From an uncultured Chloroflexia bacterium (GTDB lineage: Bacteria > Chloroflexota > Limnocylindria > Limnocylindrales > CSP1-4): DNA of 64,000 bases. The translations under genes were made by a program, and so were the position numbers. The notes beneath the pieces were generated by a model. That model was given only the letters and a program-made list of their open reading frames with translations, was not told the DNA's origin and made no database searches. The first letter of the stretch is position 1. Every line of letters begins with the position of its first letter. Below, in pieces: positions 32,298-41,643 of this stretch. The stretch covers positions 34,841 to 98,840 of the forward strand of contig CAWFND010000002.1 of assembly GCA_963817095.1 (NCBI GenBank). The letters are read 5' to 3'.

Positions 32298-33565
32298 AGG
32301 TGGTAGGCCCAGTAGACGCCCGCGGCGCCGACGACCACACCGAACCCGATGAGCAGCCGCCAGCCCACTCCGATGCCGGCGCCGCTCAGCCCGACAGACT
32401 CGCGGATCCCTTCGTCACGGGCGGCTGCGAGCGCGCACAGGGCCCAGACGAACGGGATCGAATCGAGGGCGTAGCGGTAGCCGTACTGGAGCCAGCCGCC
32501 GCCGTAGTAGAGGAGCGTCGGGATCAGGACGAGCAGGGCCGCGCCCGCGAGCCACCACGTCCGGGACTGCCGCCATGGCGCCCGGACCGCGTAGAGAAGC
32601 CCCGGGCTCGTGAAGAAGATCGACATGCCGAGGCCGTCCGGCTGGAAGAACGGGAAGGTCGTCGAGAACGCCGGCAGCTTCGTGAACAGGTAGTCGATGT
32701 TCATCGCGATGTGCGCCGTCGAGAACAGCCCGAGCCGGCGCTGCGCCTCGAGCCACTCCGGGAGCACGGCGAGGGCATAACCGGACTCCAGCGGCGAGCC
32801 GAACCGGACGGCGTTGTACCAGAAGAAGAACGCGATCGAGGGCAGGACGCCGGCGGCGAGGGCCAGCCATGTCCGCCACGGCCACTGCCGTGGCTCCCAG
32901 ATGCGGTCGCCCGCGAGGAGCAACGCGAAGAACGGGATCGCGAACACGAGCGGCGCCCGGGTCAGGAACGCGAAGCCGCCGAGCAACCCGATGAGCCATG
33001 CCCGGCGGCTGCCCCAGAGCTCCAGCAGGATCGCGAGCGTCAGGATCGTCGCGATCAGCTGGCCCGTGTGCCAGACCCCGCCACGGGTCGTGACCCACCA
33101 GATCTGGGTGGAGAACCCGAGCAGGACGGTCAGCAGGAAGCGATCGAGGAGCGAGCGGACGTTGGCGCGGCCGGTGAACCACCAGGCCATCCCGACCGTC
33201 GCCGCGGCGAGCGCCGCGTTGATCCCGCTCTCCCACTGGTCGGCGACCTGCGGTCCGGTGATCGCGACGAGGGGCATCAGGGCGATCGCCGGGAAGGGCG
33301 CGAACGGGACGTAGATCCGGCCGTCCTGGATGATCACGTCCTGCGGCCCGAGCCGGACGTCCAGCCACGTCCGGCCATGGAGGAAGGCGTCGGCGAGATA
33401 GAAGAAGTCGCCGCGCATCGCGTCGAAGTAGCGGTTCGACAGCCAGTAGATGATCGCCGCCCCGATCGTCAGGAGGATGCCGATCCGGGCTGCCGTGTCG
33501 ATCCGGTCGAGGAGACCGACGCGGCCCCGGGGCTCGACGTGCGCCGTCGGGGCCTGGGCGGTCAT
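32294..33565 (-). CDS. Large GT-C (ArnT/PMT_2-like) membrane glycosyltransferase
   Basis: ATG 33565 forms an ATGA overlap with the upstream stop. Intact 424 aa: FYLADAFLHGRTWLD...FLTRAPLVFAIPFF..YNAVRFGSPLESGY. Confidence 0.75.
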   Translation of the reverse strand: MTAQAPTAHVEPRGRVGLLDRIDTAARIGILLTIGAAIIYWLSNRYFDAMRGDFFYLADAFLHGRTWLDVRLGPQDVIIQDGRIYVPFAPFPAIALMPLVAITGPQVADQWESGINAALAAATVGMAWWFTGRANVRSLLDRFLLTVLLGFSTQIWWVTTRGGVWHTGQLIATILTLAILLELWGSRRAWLIGLLGGFAFLTRAPLVFAIPFFALLLAGDRIWEPRQWPWRTWLALAAGVLPSIAFFFWYNAVRFGSPLESGYALAVLPEWLEAQRRLGLFSTAHIAMNIDYLFTKLPAFSTTFPFFQPDGLGMSIFFTSPGLLYAVRAPWRQSRTWWLAGAALLVLIPTLLYYGGGWLQYGYRYALDSIPFVWALCALAAARDEGIRESVGLSGAGIGVGWRLLIGFGVVVGAAGVYWAYHL

Positions 33566-34644
33566 GCGGGCGCGGGCGCCGCCGCGGGCGCCACGACCGC
33601 CTCGGTCCGGCGTTCGCGCAACCCGACCGCGAGGACGGCGAGGAGCGTGATCCAGAACATGATCGGGTAGATCACTGCGGGCAGATCGACGACGAGCGTC
33701 ACTGCCGACGTGACGAGCGGGATGACGACGGCCCACCACTGGCGTCGCTCGAGGAGCCAGGCGACCGGCAGCAGCAGCAGCATCGCGTAATGGTCCCAGA
33801 GGACCGGCGAGAGGAGCTGGCTGGCGACGATCGCGACGAGCAGCGAGGCGTCCGGCGCGGTCCGTGCGATCGCGACGAGGACGGCCGCGACGACGAGGAT
33901 CGAGCTCGCGAGCTGGATCGCCGTGGCCACGCCCGCCGGGACGCCCGCCTGGTACGCGGCGGCGCCGGGCGTGAAGTTGTGCGGCGTCGTGATCGGGTCG
34001 CTGACGTTGCGGATCAGGGCGATGTAGTCCTGCCACACGCCGATCCCGCCGAGCAGCACGGTGGCCGCGGCCGCCGCTACGACGAGGATCGCCCCGCCGA
34101 CGAGGACCGACGTCAGGCGCCGGGTCAGGAGCGCCCACACGAGGATCAGGCCCGGCTGGATCTTCACGATCGCGCCGAGCGCCCCGGCCGCGCCGACGGC
34201 GAGTGGCCGGTCCAGCCAGCGCCAGCCGATCGCGAACAGCAGGAGGAGGAGCGGACCGACCTGGCCGAGCTTCAGGGCGTAGGCGACGGGCCACGACAGG
34301 CCGGCGAGGAGGAGGGTCGCCCAGCGGATCGTCGGGCGGACGGGCATGAGCGCGATCCCCCCGACGAGCATCGCGACCGACAGCCCGAGCCACGTCCACG
34401 TCGCGGCGACCGGCGAGAGCACGGCGAACGGGAGCACGGCAAGGACGAACGGCGGGGGATAGTAGAAGAGGCCGAACCCACCCGTCTGCTGGACGCTCGG
34501 GTCGTAGAGCCGCTGCCCGTTGAGCACCCGCTCGGCGGCCTGGTGGTAGGCGAGGAAGTCGAACCCGAGGGTGCCCGATGCCTGCGCGGCGAGGACGACG
34601 AGCCCCGACACGGCCACGAGCGACACGATCGCCAGGACGGGCAA
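33562..34644 (-). CDS. GT87/DUF2029-family membrane glycosyltransferase-like protein
   Basis: Intact 360 aa with classical features: FDFLAYHQAAERVLNGQRLYD, FYYPPPF, GAIVKIQPGLILVW, SPVLWDHYAMLLLLP. Confidence 0.8.
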   Translation of the reverse strand: MPVLAIVSLVAVSGLVVLAAQASGTLGFDFLAYHQAAERVLNGQRLYDPSVQQTGGFGLFYYPPPFVLAVLPFAVLSPVAATWTWLGLSVAMLVGGIALMPVRPTIRWATLLLAGLSWPVAYALKLGQVGPLLLLLFAIGWRWLDRPLAVGAAGALGAIVKIQPGLILVWALLTRRLTSVLVGGAILVVAAAAATVLLGGIGVWQDYIALIRNVSDPITTPHNFTPGAAAYQAGVPAGVATAIQLASSILVVAAVLVAIARTAPDASLLVAIVASQLLSPVLWDHYAMLLLLPVAWLLERRQWWAVVIPLVTSAVTLVVDLPAVIYPIMFWITLLAVLAVGLRERRTEAVVAPAAAPAPA

Positions 34645-34846
34645 CGCGGCGCGCCCGAGGGCCTCGATCTCCAGCCCGCGTCGGGCGGTCCGGTCAGCCG
34701 TGGAACGTCTCCTGCTTCGGTCTCGACGCGGCGAAGTCTAGCCTCGGGCCTCGCCGGGACGCACCCGCCGGATGGTCCTGCCGACCGGGACCGACCCGGA
34801 CCGTGGGGTCCCTCGACGGCCGCGACCCATCGGCTAGGGTGGCGCC

Positions 34847-35773
34847 ATGCTGCGCACCGCGAGCTGGCTCGGCCTCGTCGCGTTCTCGATCGTCGTGTGG
34901 ATCGCGGCGTTCCGCGCGTTCGGGTTCGATCCATCGACGCCCGGCAGCGACGCCTGGAACTATCTGGCTGCCGGCGAGCGGCTGAACGCCGGGCACCCGC
35001 TCTACGCGCTGTCGCCCGGCGACCGGCCGGTCCCGCTCGCGCCGCCGTACTGGACGGTCCCGCTCCTCGCCCCGCCACCGATCGCCGTCCTGTGGCGGCC
35101 GCTGGCCCTCCTCGGCGACCCGTCGATGACGCTCTGGGCCGGGGCCGGACTGGTGACGACGCTCGTGACGGCCGCCTGGTTGGTCGCCGGTGGCGGCCTG
35201 ATCACCGCGGCCATCATCGCCCTCATGGCCGCGCCGCTCGCCCTCCAGTCCCTCGCGGGGAATGCGAACGGGTTCCTCTTCGCTGCCCTCGTCCTTGCGT
35301 GGGCCTGGCGGGCCCGGCCCGGCCTCGTCGGGTCCCTCGTCGCGGTGGCGATCGCGATCAAGCTGACGCCGGCGCTCCTGCTGATCTGGCTGGCGACGGC
35401 GTCCCGCTGGCGCGCGGTGGGTGCGACGGTCGTGGCGCTCGCGGTGATCGGGGTCGTCTCGCTCCTGGGAGCCGGGATCCAGAACCACCTCGACTGGATC
35501 GCGTCGGTTCCCCACGCGGCCCCGGCACCGGCGTCGCTGGCCGGCCTCACCGGCCTCCCCTCGACCCTGATCCTCATCGCAGCGGCCGTGGTCGTGCTGC
35601 TCGTCGGCCGGCTCGGCGACGAGCGCCTCACGTTCAGCGTGGCGGTCGTCGCTGCGGCCCTCGCGTCGCCGGCGCTCTATCTCGGGACGCTGGGGATTGC
35701 CGCCGCCGCCGCGGCCCCCTGGCTTGCGGAAGGTCGCTCCGTCGTCGCGAGCCTCCGGACGCGGACGACATGA
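34847..35773 (+). CDS. GT87/DUF2029-like membrane protein (paralog type B)
   Basis: Intact 308 aa: AWNYLAAGERLNAGHPLY, PLLAPPPIAVLWRPLA, VAIAIKLTPALLLIW. Colinear with 12548..13577. Confidence 0.75.
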   Translation: MLRTASWLGLVAFSIVVWIAAFRAFGFDPSTPGSDAWNYLAAGERLNAGHPLYALSPGDRPVPLAPPYWTVPLLAPPPIAVLWRPLALLGDPSMTLWAGAGLVTTLVTAAWLVAGGGLITAAIIALMAAPLALQSLAGNANGFLFAALVLAWAWRARPGLVGSLVAVAIAIKLTPALLLIWLATASRWRAVGATVVALAVIGVVSLLGAGIQNHLDWIASVPHAAPAPASLAGLTGLPSTLILIAAAVVVLLVGRLGDERLTFSVAVVAAALASPALYLGTLGIAAAAAAPWLAEGRSVVASLRTRTT

Positions 35774-36576
35774 CCGGCGACACGACGGATCGAGGACCGG
35801 CCACGCCGATCGCGGCGTCCACCCGATCGATCGACGCGCAACGGCTCGCCCGTGTCCTGGCCCTCGTCGCGTCCGGGGTGCTGCTCGTCGCCATCGCCCT
35901 CGAGGTCGTCGAGATCGTCACGAACCTCGATCGGCTCGCCTTCCCGCTCGATGGCGATCGCGTGATCTACATGGACGCGGCCCGGAGCTGGCTCAACGGC
36001 ACCGGCTTCTACCACCCGTACCAGCTCGCCGGGCCGTACCCGGTCAGATCCGGCGACATCCTCTATCCGCCGCCCATGCTGCTCGTGTTCGCGCCGCTGG
36101 CCGCGATCCCGGAGCCCATATCGGCCGTCCTCTACTACGCGATCCCGCTCGGGATCACGATCGGCGCGGTCGTCCGGCTTCGTCCCGCGGTCTTCGGCTG
36201 GCCGGCGATCCTGTTCTGCCTGTGGTGGCCGACGACGATCGTCGTCATCGCCGGCGGCAACCCGGGGATCTGGATCATGGCGTTCATGGCCCTGGGCACG
36301 CTCTGGCGGCCGCTGTCGGTCCTCGTGTTCCTCAAGCCGACGCTCGCGCCGTTCGCGTTCTTCGGGGCGAACCGTCGCTCGTGGTGGGTGGCGCTCGGCG
36401 CCCTCGGGCTCGTGTCGCTGCTGTTCCTGCCGATGTGGGCGGACTACGTCCACGCGGTCCTGAACGCTCAGGGCGGCGGCGGGCTCTTCTACTCGATCGG
36501 TCAGGCGCCGATGCTGTTCCTGCCGCTCGCGGCCTGGGCGACGTCCAGCCGCAGGCGGTCGTCAGCCGCTCCCTGA
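35770..36576 (+). CDS. Small GT87/DUF2029-like membrane protein (paralog type A)
   Basis: ATG 35770 forms an ATGA overlap with the previous stop. The motifs AGPYPVRSGDILYPP, GGNPGIWIMA and KPTLAPFAFFGANRRSWW are colinear with 6834..7658. Confidence 0.7.
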   Translation: MTGDTTDRGPATPIAASTRSIDAQRLARVLALVASGVLLVAIALEVVEIVTNLDRLAFPLDGDRVIYMDAARSWLNGTGFYHPYQLAGPYPVRSGDILYPPPMLLVFAPLAAIPEPISAVLYYAIPLGITIGAVVRLRPAVFGWPAILFCLWWPTTIVVIAGGNPGIWIMAFMALGTLWRPLSVLVFLKPTLAPFAFFGANRRSWWVALGALGLVSLLFLPMWADYVHAVLNAQGGGGLFYSIGQAPMLFLPLAAWATSSRRRSSAAP

Positions 36577-37481
36577 GCCGCCGCACGAGCTCGGTCGCGG
36601 TCCTGCCGCCAGAGCGGGATCGCCGCCACGAGCAGCGCGAGTCCGTGGAACCAGATGATCGGGAGGCTGATCGTCGCCGCCACGGGCACCGTCCAGCGAC
36701 GATCCGTCCTGGCGCCCCAGGCGACGACCACGACCGCCAGCGCCATCCGGATCGGCAGCGGGATCGGGATCGGGTACGGGTGGCCCGGGTCGTAGTCGAG
36801 GTTGTCGACCATCGTGGAGACGTACTGGCGCCAGAGGTCCGGCGCGACGGCGTAGCTGACCGCGACGATCGCGATCGTCGACAGGACGGCGATCCCGAAC
36901 GCGAGCCACTCGCGGCGGAACGCGAACCACAGCGCGCCGAGGCCCGGCGTGACCTTCGTCAGGACGATGAATGCCCACGCCACCGGGTAGCGGAAGCCGA
37001 CGACGATCGCAACCGCCATGAACAGGTGGATGTTGCCGTGGTAGAGCTCGAGCGGGATCGGCGGGAACGCCAGCAGGACCAGCCACGTCCGCCCGGTCAG
37101 CCAGACCAGGGCGCCGATCATCGCCGCGAAGTAGAGGGCGAAGAACAGCTCCCACGGCAGGACCCCGAAGACCGAGAACGCCTGGCCGGCCGCCGGCGTG
37201 TAGCGGAACGCGTCGAGGTCCGAGGTGTTGCCGGCGGAGTTCCCGTACAGGTTCGAGAGGTCCACCGCCCAGTAGGCGTGGGCGTCGAACCCGAACATCG
37301 AGTGGGCCTGGTTGATGACGATGATGTACGGGAGCGAGATCAGCCCGACGATGATCAGCGCGTGTCGCATCGCCCGCAGCCGAGCCGGACCGATGCGGGC
37401 GGCGAGCGCCTCCGTCCTGGCGGCGAGATCAAGGTCGCCGAGCCCGCGCATCGGGCCCGCGGCCGCCTGGCGACCGGTCAT
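36501..37481 (-). CDS. GT87/DUF2029-like membrane protein (paralog type C)
   Basis: ATG 37481 forms an ATGA overlap with the GT2 stop. The motifs LTKVTPGLGALWFAFRREW and AWGARTDRRWTVPVA are colinear with 22631..23702. Confidence 0.7.
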   Translation of the reverse strand: MTGRQAAAGPMRGLGDLDLAARTEALAARIGPARLRAMRHALIIVGLISLPYIIVINQAHSMFGFDAHAYWAVDLSNLYGNSAGNTSDLDAFRYTPAAGQAFSVFGVLPWELFFALYFAAMIGALVWLTGRTWLVLLAFPPIPLELYHGNIHLFMAVAIVVGFRYPVAWAFIVLTKVTPGLGALWFAFRREWLAFGIAVLSTIAIVAVSYAVAPDLWRQYVSTMVDNLDYDPGHPYPIPIPLPIRMALAVVVVAWGARTDRRWTVPVAATISLPIIWFHGLALLVAAIPLWRQDRDRARAAAQGAADDRLRLDVAQAASGRNSIGA

Positions 37482-38284
37482 CCTTCGGCAGGCCTCGTCG
37501 TCCGGCCGATCCGGCGATGGATCAACGGGATCCGGAACAGGTCCCACGCCACCTGGACGGCGAGGCTCGGCCGGGCGCGCATCCGGGAGCCACGCCGGTC
37601 GGCCCAGGTGATCGGCACGATCGTCATCGAGTAGCCCCGGCGGCGGGCGAGGTAGATGAGCTCGACGTCGAAGACGATGCTCGTGATCCGCTGCCGGCCG
37701 AACAGGTCGTGGGCGGCGCTCCGCCGGAACCCCTTGAACCCGCACTGGGTGTCCTGGACGGGTCCGACGACCCACAGCGAGGCGAGGAGGTGGAACGCCT
37801 GGCCGAGCAGGCGCCGATAGCGCGGCTGCGTCTTGCGCATGTCGGAGCCGTCCGGCTGGATCCGGCTGCCGAGAGCCACATCGGCTTCCGCCAGCGCCGC
37901 GACGAGCGGAACGAGCATGTCCGGTGGCGTGGCCATGTCCGCATCGGCGAACACGAGGAGGTCGGAATCGGCGTGGAGCATCCCGGCCCGGACCGCGGCG
38001 CCCTTGCCGCCGTGGGGCACGGTCAGGACCGACAGGATCGCACCGGCCTGCTCGTCCTTCGTTTCGGGCCGGGCCCGGACGAGGTCGGCCGTGCCGTCCG
38101 TGCTGCCGTCGTCGACGACGAGCACCTCGATCCGGTCCGGGAGCAGGGCCGCGCCGGGGGCGCCGTCGCGAGCCGATTCGCCGCGGCGACGGAGATAGCC
38201 GAACAGCTCGTCCAGCGCAGGCTCGATGCGCCCGGCCTCGTTGTAGGCGGGCAGCACGATCGTCAGTGTCGGGGACAGAGCCAT
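37478..38284 (-). CDS. GT2 polyprenyl-phosphate glycosyltransferase (Dpm1/GtrB-like)
   Basis: Intact 268 aa: IVLPAYNE, VVDDGSTDGT, FADADMATP (DxD), DTQCGFKGF. Confidence 0.9.
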   Translation of the reverse strand: MALSPTLTIVLPAYNEAGRIEPALDELFGYLRRRGESARDGAPGAALLPDRIEVLVVDDGSTDGTADLVRARPETKDEQAGAILSVLTVPHGGKGAAVRAGMLHADSDLLVFADADMATPPDMLVPLVAALAEADVALGSRIQPDGSDMRKTQPRYRRLLGQAFHLLASLWVVGPVQDTQCGFKGFRRSAAHDLFGRQRITSIVFDVELIYLARRRGYSMTIVPITWADRRGSRMRARPSLAVQVAWDLFRIPLIHRRIGRTTRPAEG

Positions 38285-38314
38285 CGCCGGCAGTCTAGGG
38301 GCCGATTGCGGCCG

Positions 38315-39853
38315 TCAGGGGGAGACGATCGCACCGTTCGGGTCATCCAACTGGTGCAAGTCGTACGGCCCGGAGTCGCTGAACATGTACGACGGCGCCG
38401 GGTCGACGCGCGGAAACGTCGTCCCGAGGACCGGGTTCAGGAGGTCCGGGAAGACGTTGACCAGGGTCTCGTCGTCCGGGAGCGGATGGTCGTTGCCGGG
38501 CACCCGGGCTGCGAGGAGCGGCAGGAAGCGGAGACGTGCGTCGCCGGGCATCGCGCCGACCCACGAGCCGTGGTCCCCGAACACGAGGATGATCGGCGGC
38601 ACCGCGGCCTCGCGCTCGATCGCGTCGATCTCCTCCAGCACCGGCTGATGGAGGTACTCGACGGAACCGGCGTAGCCGGCCTTGAGCTGGTCTTCGGTCA
38701 GACCCGTCTGGGCCGGATCATCGGCGTACAGGGCGTGGATGTCAGTGACCGTTCGGGGACTGCCGTCCGCGTTGAAGACCCATGGCGGATGGGGCTCGGA
38801 ACGTGATCGAAGATGAACCGGGGATGGCCCGGGTTCTCGGCCGCGAGCGTCGACAGCATCCCGAGGTTGGTCGTGATCCGATTCCGCGCCTGCTGACTCG
38901 CGAAGTCCGGCGCGAGGATGTTCAACGCGTCCCCGAAGACCGTCCGGCGGAGCATGCCGATCTCGACCTCGTTCATGGCCGCCCCGGTCGTGATGAATCG
39001 GTCGGCCTCGCGGAGGCTGACCTCGGCGAAGCCGGACGAGATCCCGACGATCTCGTAACCCCGTTGATGGAGCGCATCGAACAGCGGGTTCTCCATCACG
39101 ACCCGGTGGGTGATCGCTGTCTCTGCCACGTGGCTCGTCCCGCTGAGCACCGGTGGACAGGGCCGGGATGTCCTGCAGCAGCTGCATGTTGAACATCGCC
39201 ATCAGGACCTGGACCGTGTTCGGGTAGTTCGTCAGGGCCTTCGAGGACACGCTGAGCCCGCGCGTGGCCAGCCCGTCGAGGAACTCGGTCTCGTCGACGG
39301 CGAAGACCTGCTTCAAGGCGTCGGCTCGGGCATACCCGTCGAGGAGGATCACGTAGATGTCCGGGGTCGCCGGTGAGGTGACGCCGGTGAACGTTCGTGG
39401 CGCGCGCAGTGGGGGCTCGTTCGTGATCGAGCGGGTGATGACGTCGATCCCACCGAGCTGGAACGCCTCGACGACGATCGCGAGGCACAGGACAAGGGCG
39501 AACACCCGAGAGATCCGGCCGATCTGCGGCCACGACACGCGGACGCGGCCGCGCAGGAGGCGACCCTCCACGAAGAGGAGGGCGATCAGGATCAGCGCGA
39601 CCAGGAGGAGGCGCGGGTCGCCCCCGACGAGCGCGACCACCGTAGCGAAGGCGGCGACCCCGGCCCGGTCGCGATCGCCCAGCAGGAGCCGGAGGATGAC
39701 CGATACCACGATGCCAATGACCGCGACGACGATGAGGGCACGCAGCGACACCCACAGCCCCACGCCGTTGATGGCGATCAGCTGAAGGAACAGAGCCAGC
39801 GCCACGACGATCGGGTAGAGCGGCACGTCGAAGAAGCCGCGCCAGCCAGTCAC
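38315..39853 (-). pseudogene. Membrane-anchored alkaline-phosphatase-superfamily (LtaS/sulfatase-like) transferase, two frame breaks
   Basis: GTG 39853 forms a GTGA overlap with the upstream stop. There is an N-terminal TM bundle. Then come DIYVILLDGYARAD...TNYPNTVQ, the middle ORF 38698..39150, and the C-terminus ILVFGDHGSW. The breaks lie at ~39152 and at the G4 run 38791-38794, where five G would be needed. Confidence 0.75.
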
Positions 39854-41498
39854 AGGCGACGGGTCATGCGCAGGAGGATCCGGGACGACCCCGGGATCGG
39901 CTGCTCGTCCAGGATCCGGTACCGCCGCTCGAAGGCGGACCGGAACCCCGCGACATCGTAGTCGTGGAAGACGTCCTCGCGGGTGGCCAGCAGGCGGCGG
40001 ACCATCGAGTCGTCGCGGCCCACCCATTCGATGATCAGATGCGGGGCCAGCGTCGCCAGAAAGTCCGCGATCCGGGGCAGCGGAACGTTCCGCCCGATCG
40101 CGAGGTGGTGGACGAGGGCGAGGGCGAGGACGACATCCGCGTCGGCACGCTCGACGATCGATCGGCGCTCCTCGAGGGCCCAGCCGACGGCGGGGCTCGG
40201 GTCGGCGAGGTCCACGAGGAGCGGCAGGATGGCGGTGGCTCCGCGGGTGCCGGAGGCTCCGGTAGTGGCGCTCGACCGCGGCCGGGATCGCGCGTCCCAC
40301 GCGACGACGCGGCGACCGAGGTCCGCGGCGATCGCGCTGTGCCGCCCGACGTTCGCCCCGAGATCCCAGACGACCTGCCCGCCCGCGTCGGCGAGCATCG
40401 CCCGGACGAGGACGTCCTTTGCATCGGCGATCGTGCGAGCAGCGTCGTCGGCGGCGTCCCCTTGCTCATAGTCGGCCCACTCCGTGCCCGTTGGCGTCCA
40501 GTCGAGCCCCGTCACGGTTCGCCGCAGGTTGTCCAGGAGCGCCTCCCCGCCGAGCCTCCCGACGGACGCGCGACGCGCCTCCGCGGCGGCGGCATCACCG
40601 CGCGCCTCATGCGTCCGCTGCGCCCGCGCGTGCAGGTGGAGATGAGCGCTCAGGCCCGGGTTGACGCGCGTCCGCCCGGGCAACAGACGGGCGGCGAGAT
40701 CGAGCGGGATGCCGTCGAGATGACTGCGCTGGAGCCCGCCGAGCCGGACGTCGCGGCGGGCCATGAGGGCGAGCGGTGCAAGGAAGTGTTCGCAGAACTG
40801 GCGATACGCCGCCCATGGGGCGCCAGGCTCGGCAGGAGCGAGCGAGAGGGTATCGACGAGGATCGGCCGACCGCTCCGGAAGAGGACGTTGTAGGCGCTC
40901 GCGTCGCGGAGCGTGAAGCCCGCGGCGGCCGCTTCCGCCTGGATGTCGAGGGTCAGAAGGGCCGCGTCCCGGAGCATCCCGAACGACCACTCGTACGGAT
41001 AGGAGACGAACTCCACCTCGAGCGGGCGGATGACCGCATGGGCGCGTTCGGGATCGGCGGCGAGGCCGAGGTCCGCGGGCTCGTGCGGGATCAGCCGGCC
41101 GTCGGCCTCGAGGCGCTCGAGCAGGCCGCTCGCGACGAGGCGGTCCCAGCGGTCGCCGAACGATCGATCGACCTGGCGCAGGAGGATGCCGTCGCGGCGA
41201 TAGACGAAGCCGGCCGGGTCCCGGAAGGACGCCGGTTCCCGGAGGACCGCCCCGTCGGCCGCGGGAGCCTCGCGCTCAGGGCCGATGGAGCCCGTTGCTC
41301 CCTCCGATGGGCTCAGTTCGCGCGGTCGGCCGGGCTGTCGGCCGGGGTCGATCGCCCGCCGAGCCGGCCCAGCGAGCGCACGACGCGCGCGATCTGACGA
41401 CGGAGGAAATACGGGATCGTCAGCAGCGCAGCGATCGTCGCCTGGACGACCAGGCTTCCGGCACCGGGGTCGATATACGCGACGAACCAGTGGTGCAT
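39850..41498 (-). pseudogene. Class I SAM-dependent methyltransferase-like protein, probably with an N-terminal TM anchor supplied by ORF 41313..41498; frame-broken
   Basis: The methyltransferase frame is open from 41502 and protein-like (VLREPASFRDPAGFVYRRDGILLRQVDRSF..) but has no ATG/GTG/TTG before 41016. The adjacent 61-aa ORF MHHWFVAYIDPGAGSLVVQATIAALL.. ends at 41313 in a neighbouring frame. Motif I is VVWDLGANVGRH. A compensated frame excursion occurs at ~40245-40295. Confidence 0.6.
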
Positions 41499-41643
41499 GC
41501 GGTCAGGGTCCTTCGTTGGTCGCGCCTCACCCCCGGCCTGCGTAGCGAGATGCTACTCCAAGACTCGGAGTGGTTCCTTCGGCGGGCACTCTCCCATGGC
41601 GCCCGGGCTTCCGAACGACCCGAATGTCCCATCAGGGTCCCGG

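Noticed and set aside
33790-36576. 928-aa plus-strand ORF
   Set aside because: Only its last 268 codons (from ATG 35770) are protein-like. The upstream part is antisense or out of frame to genes 33562..34644 and 34847..35773.
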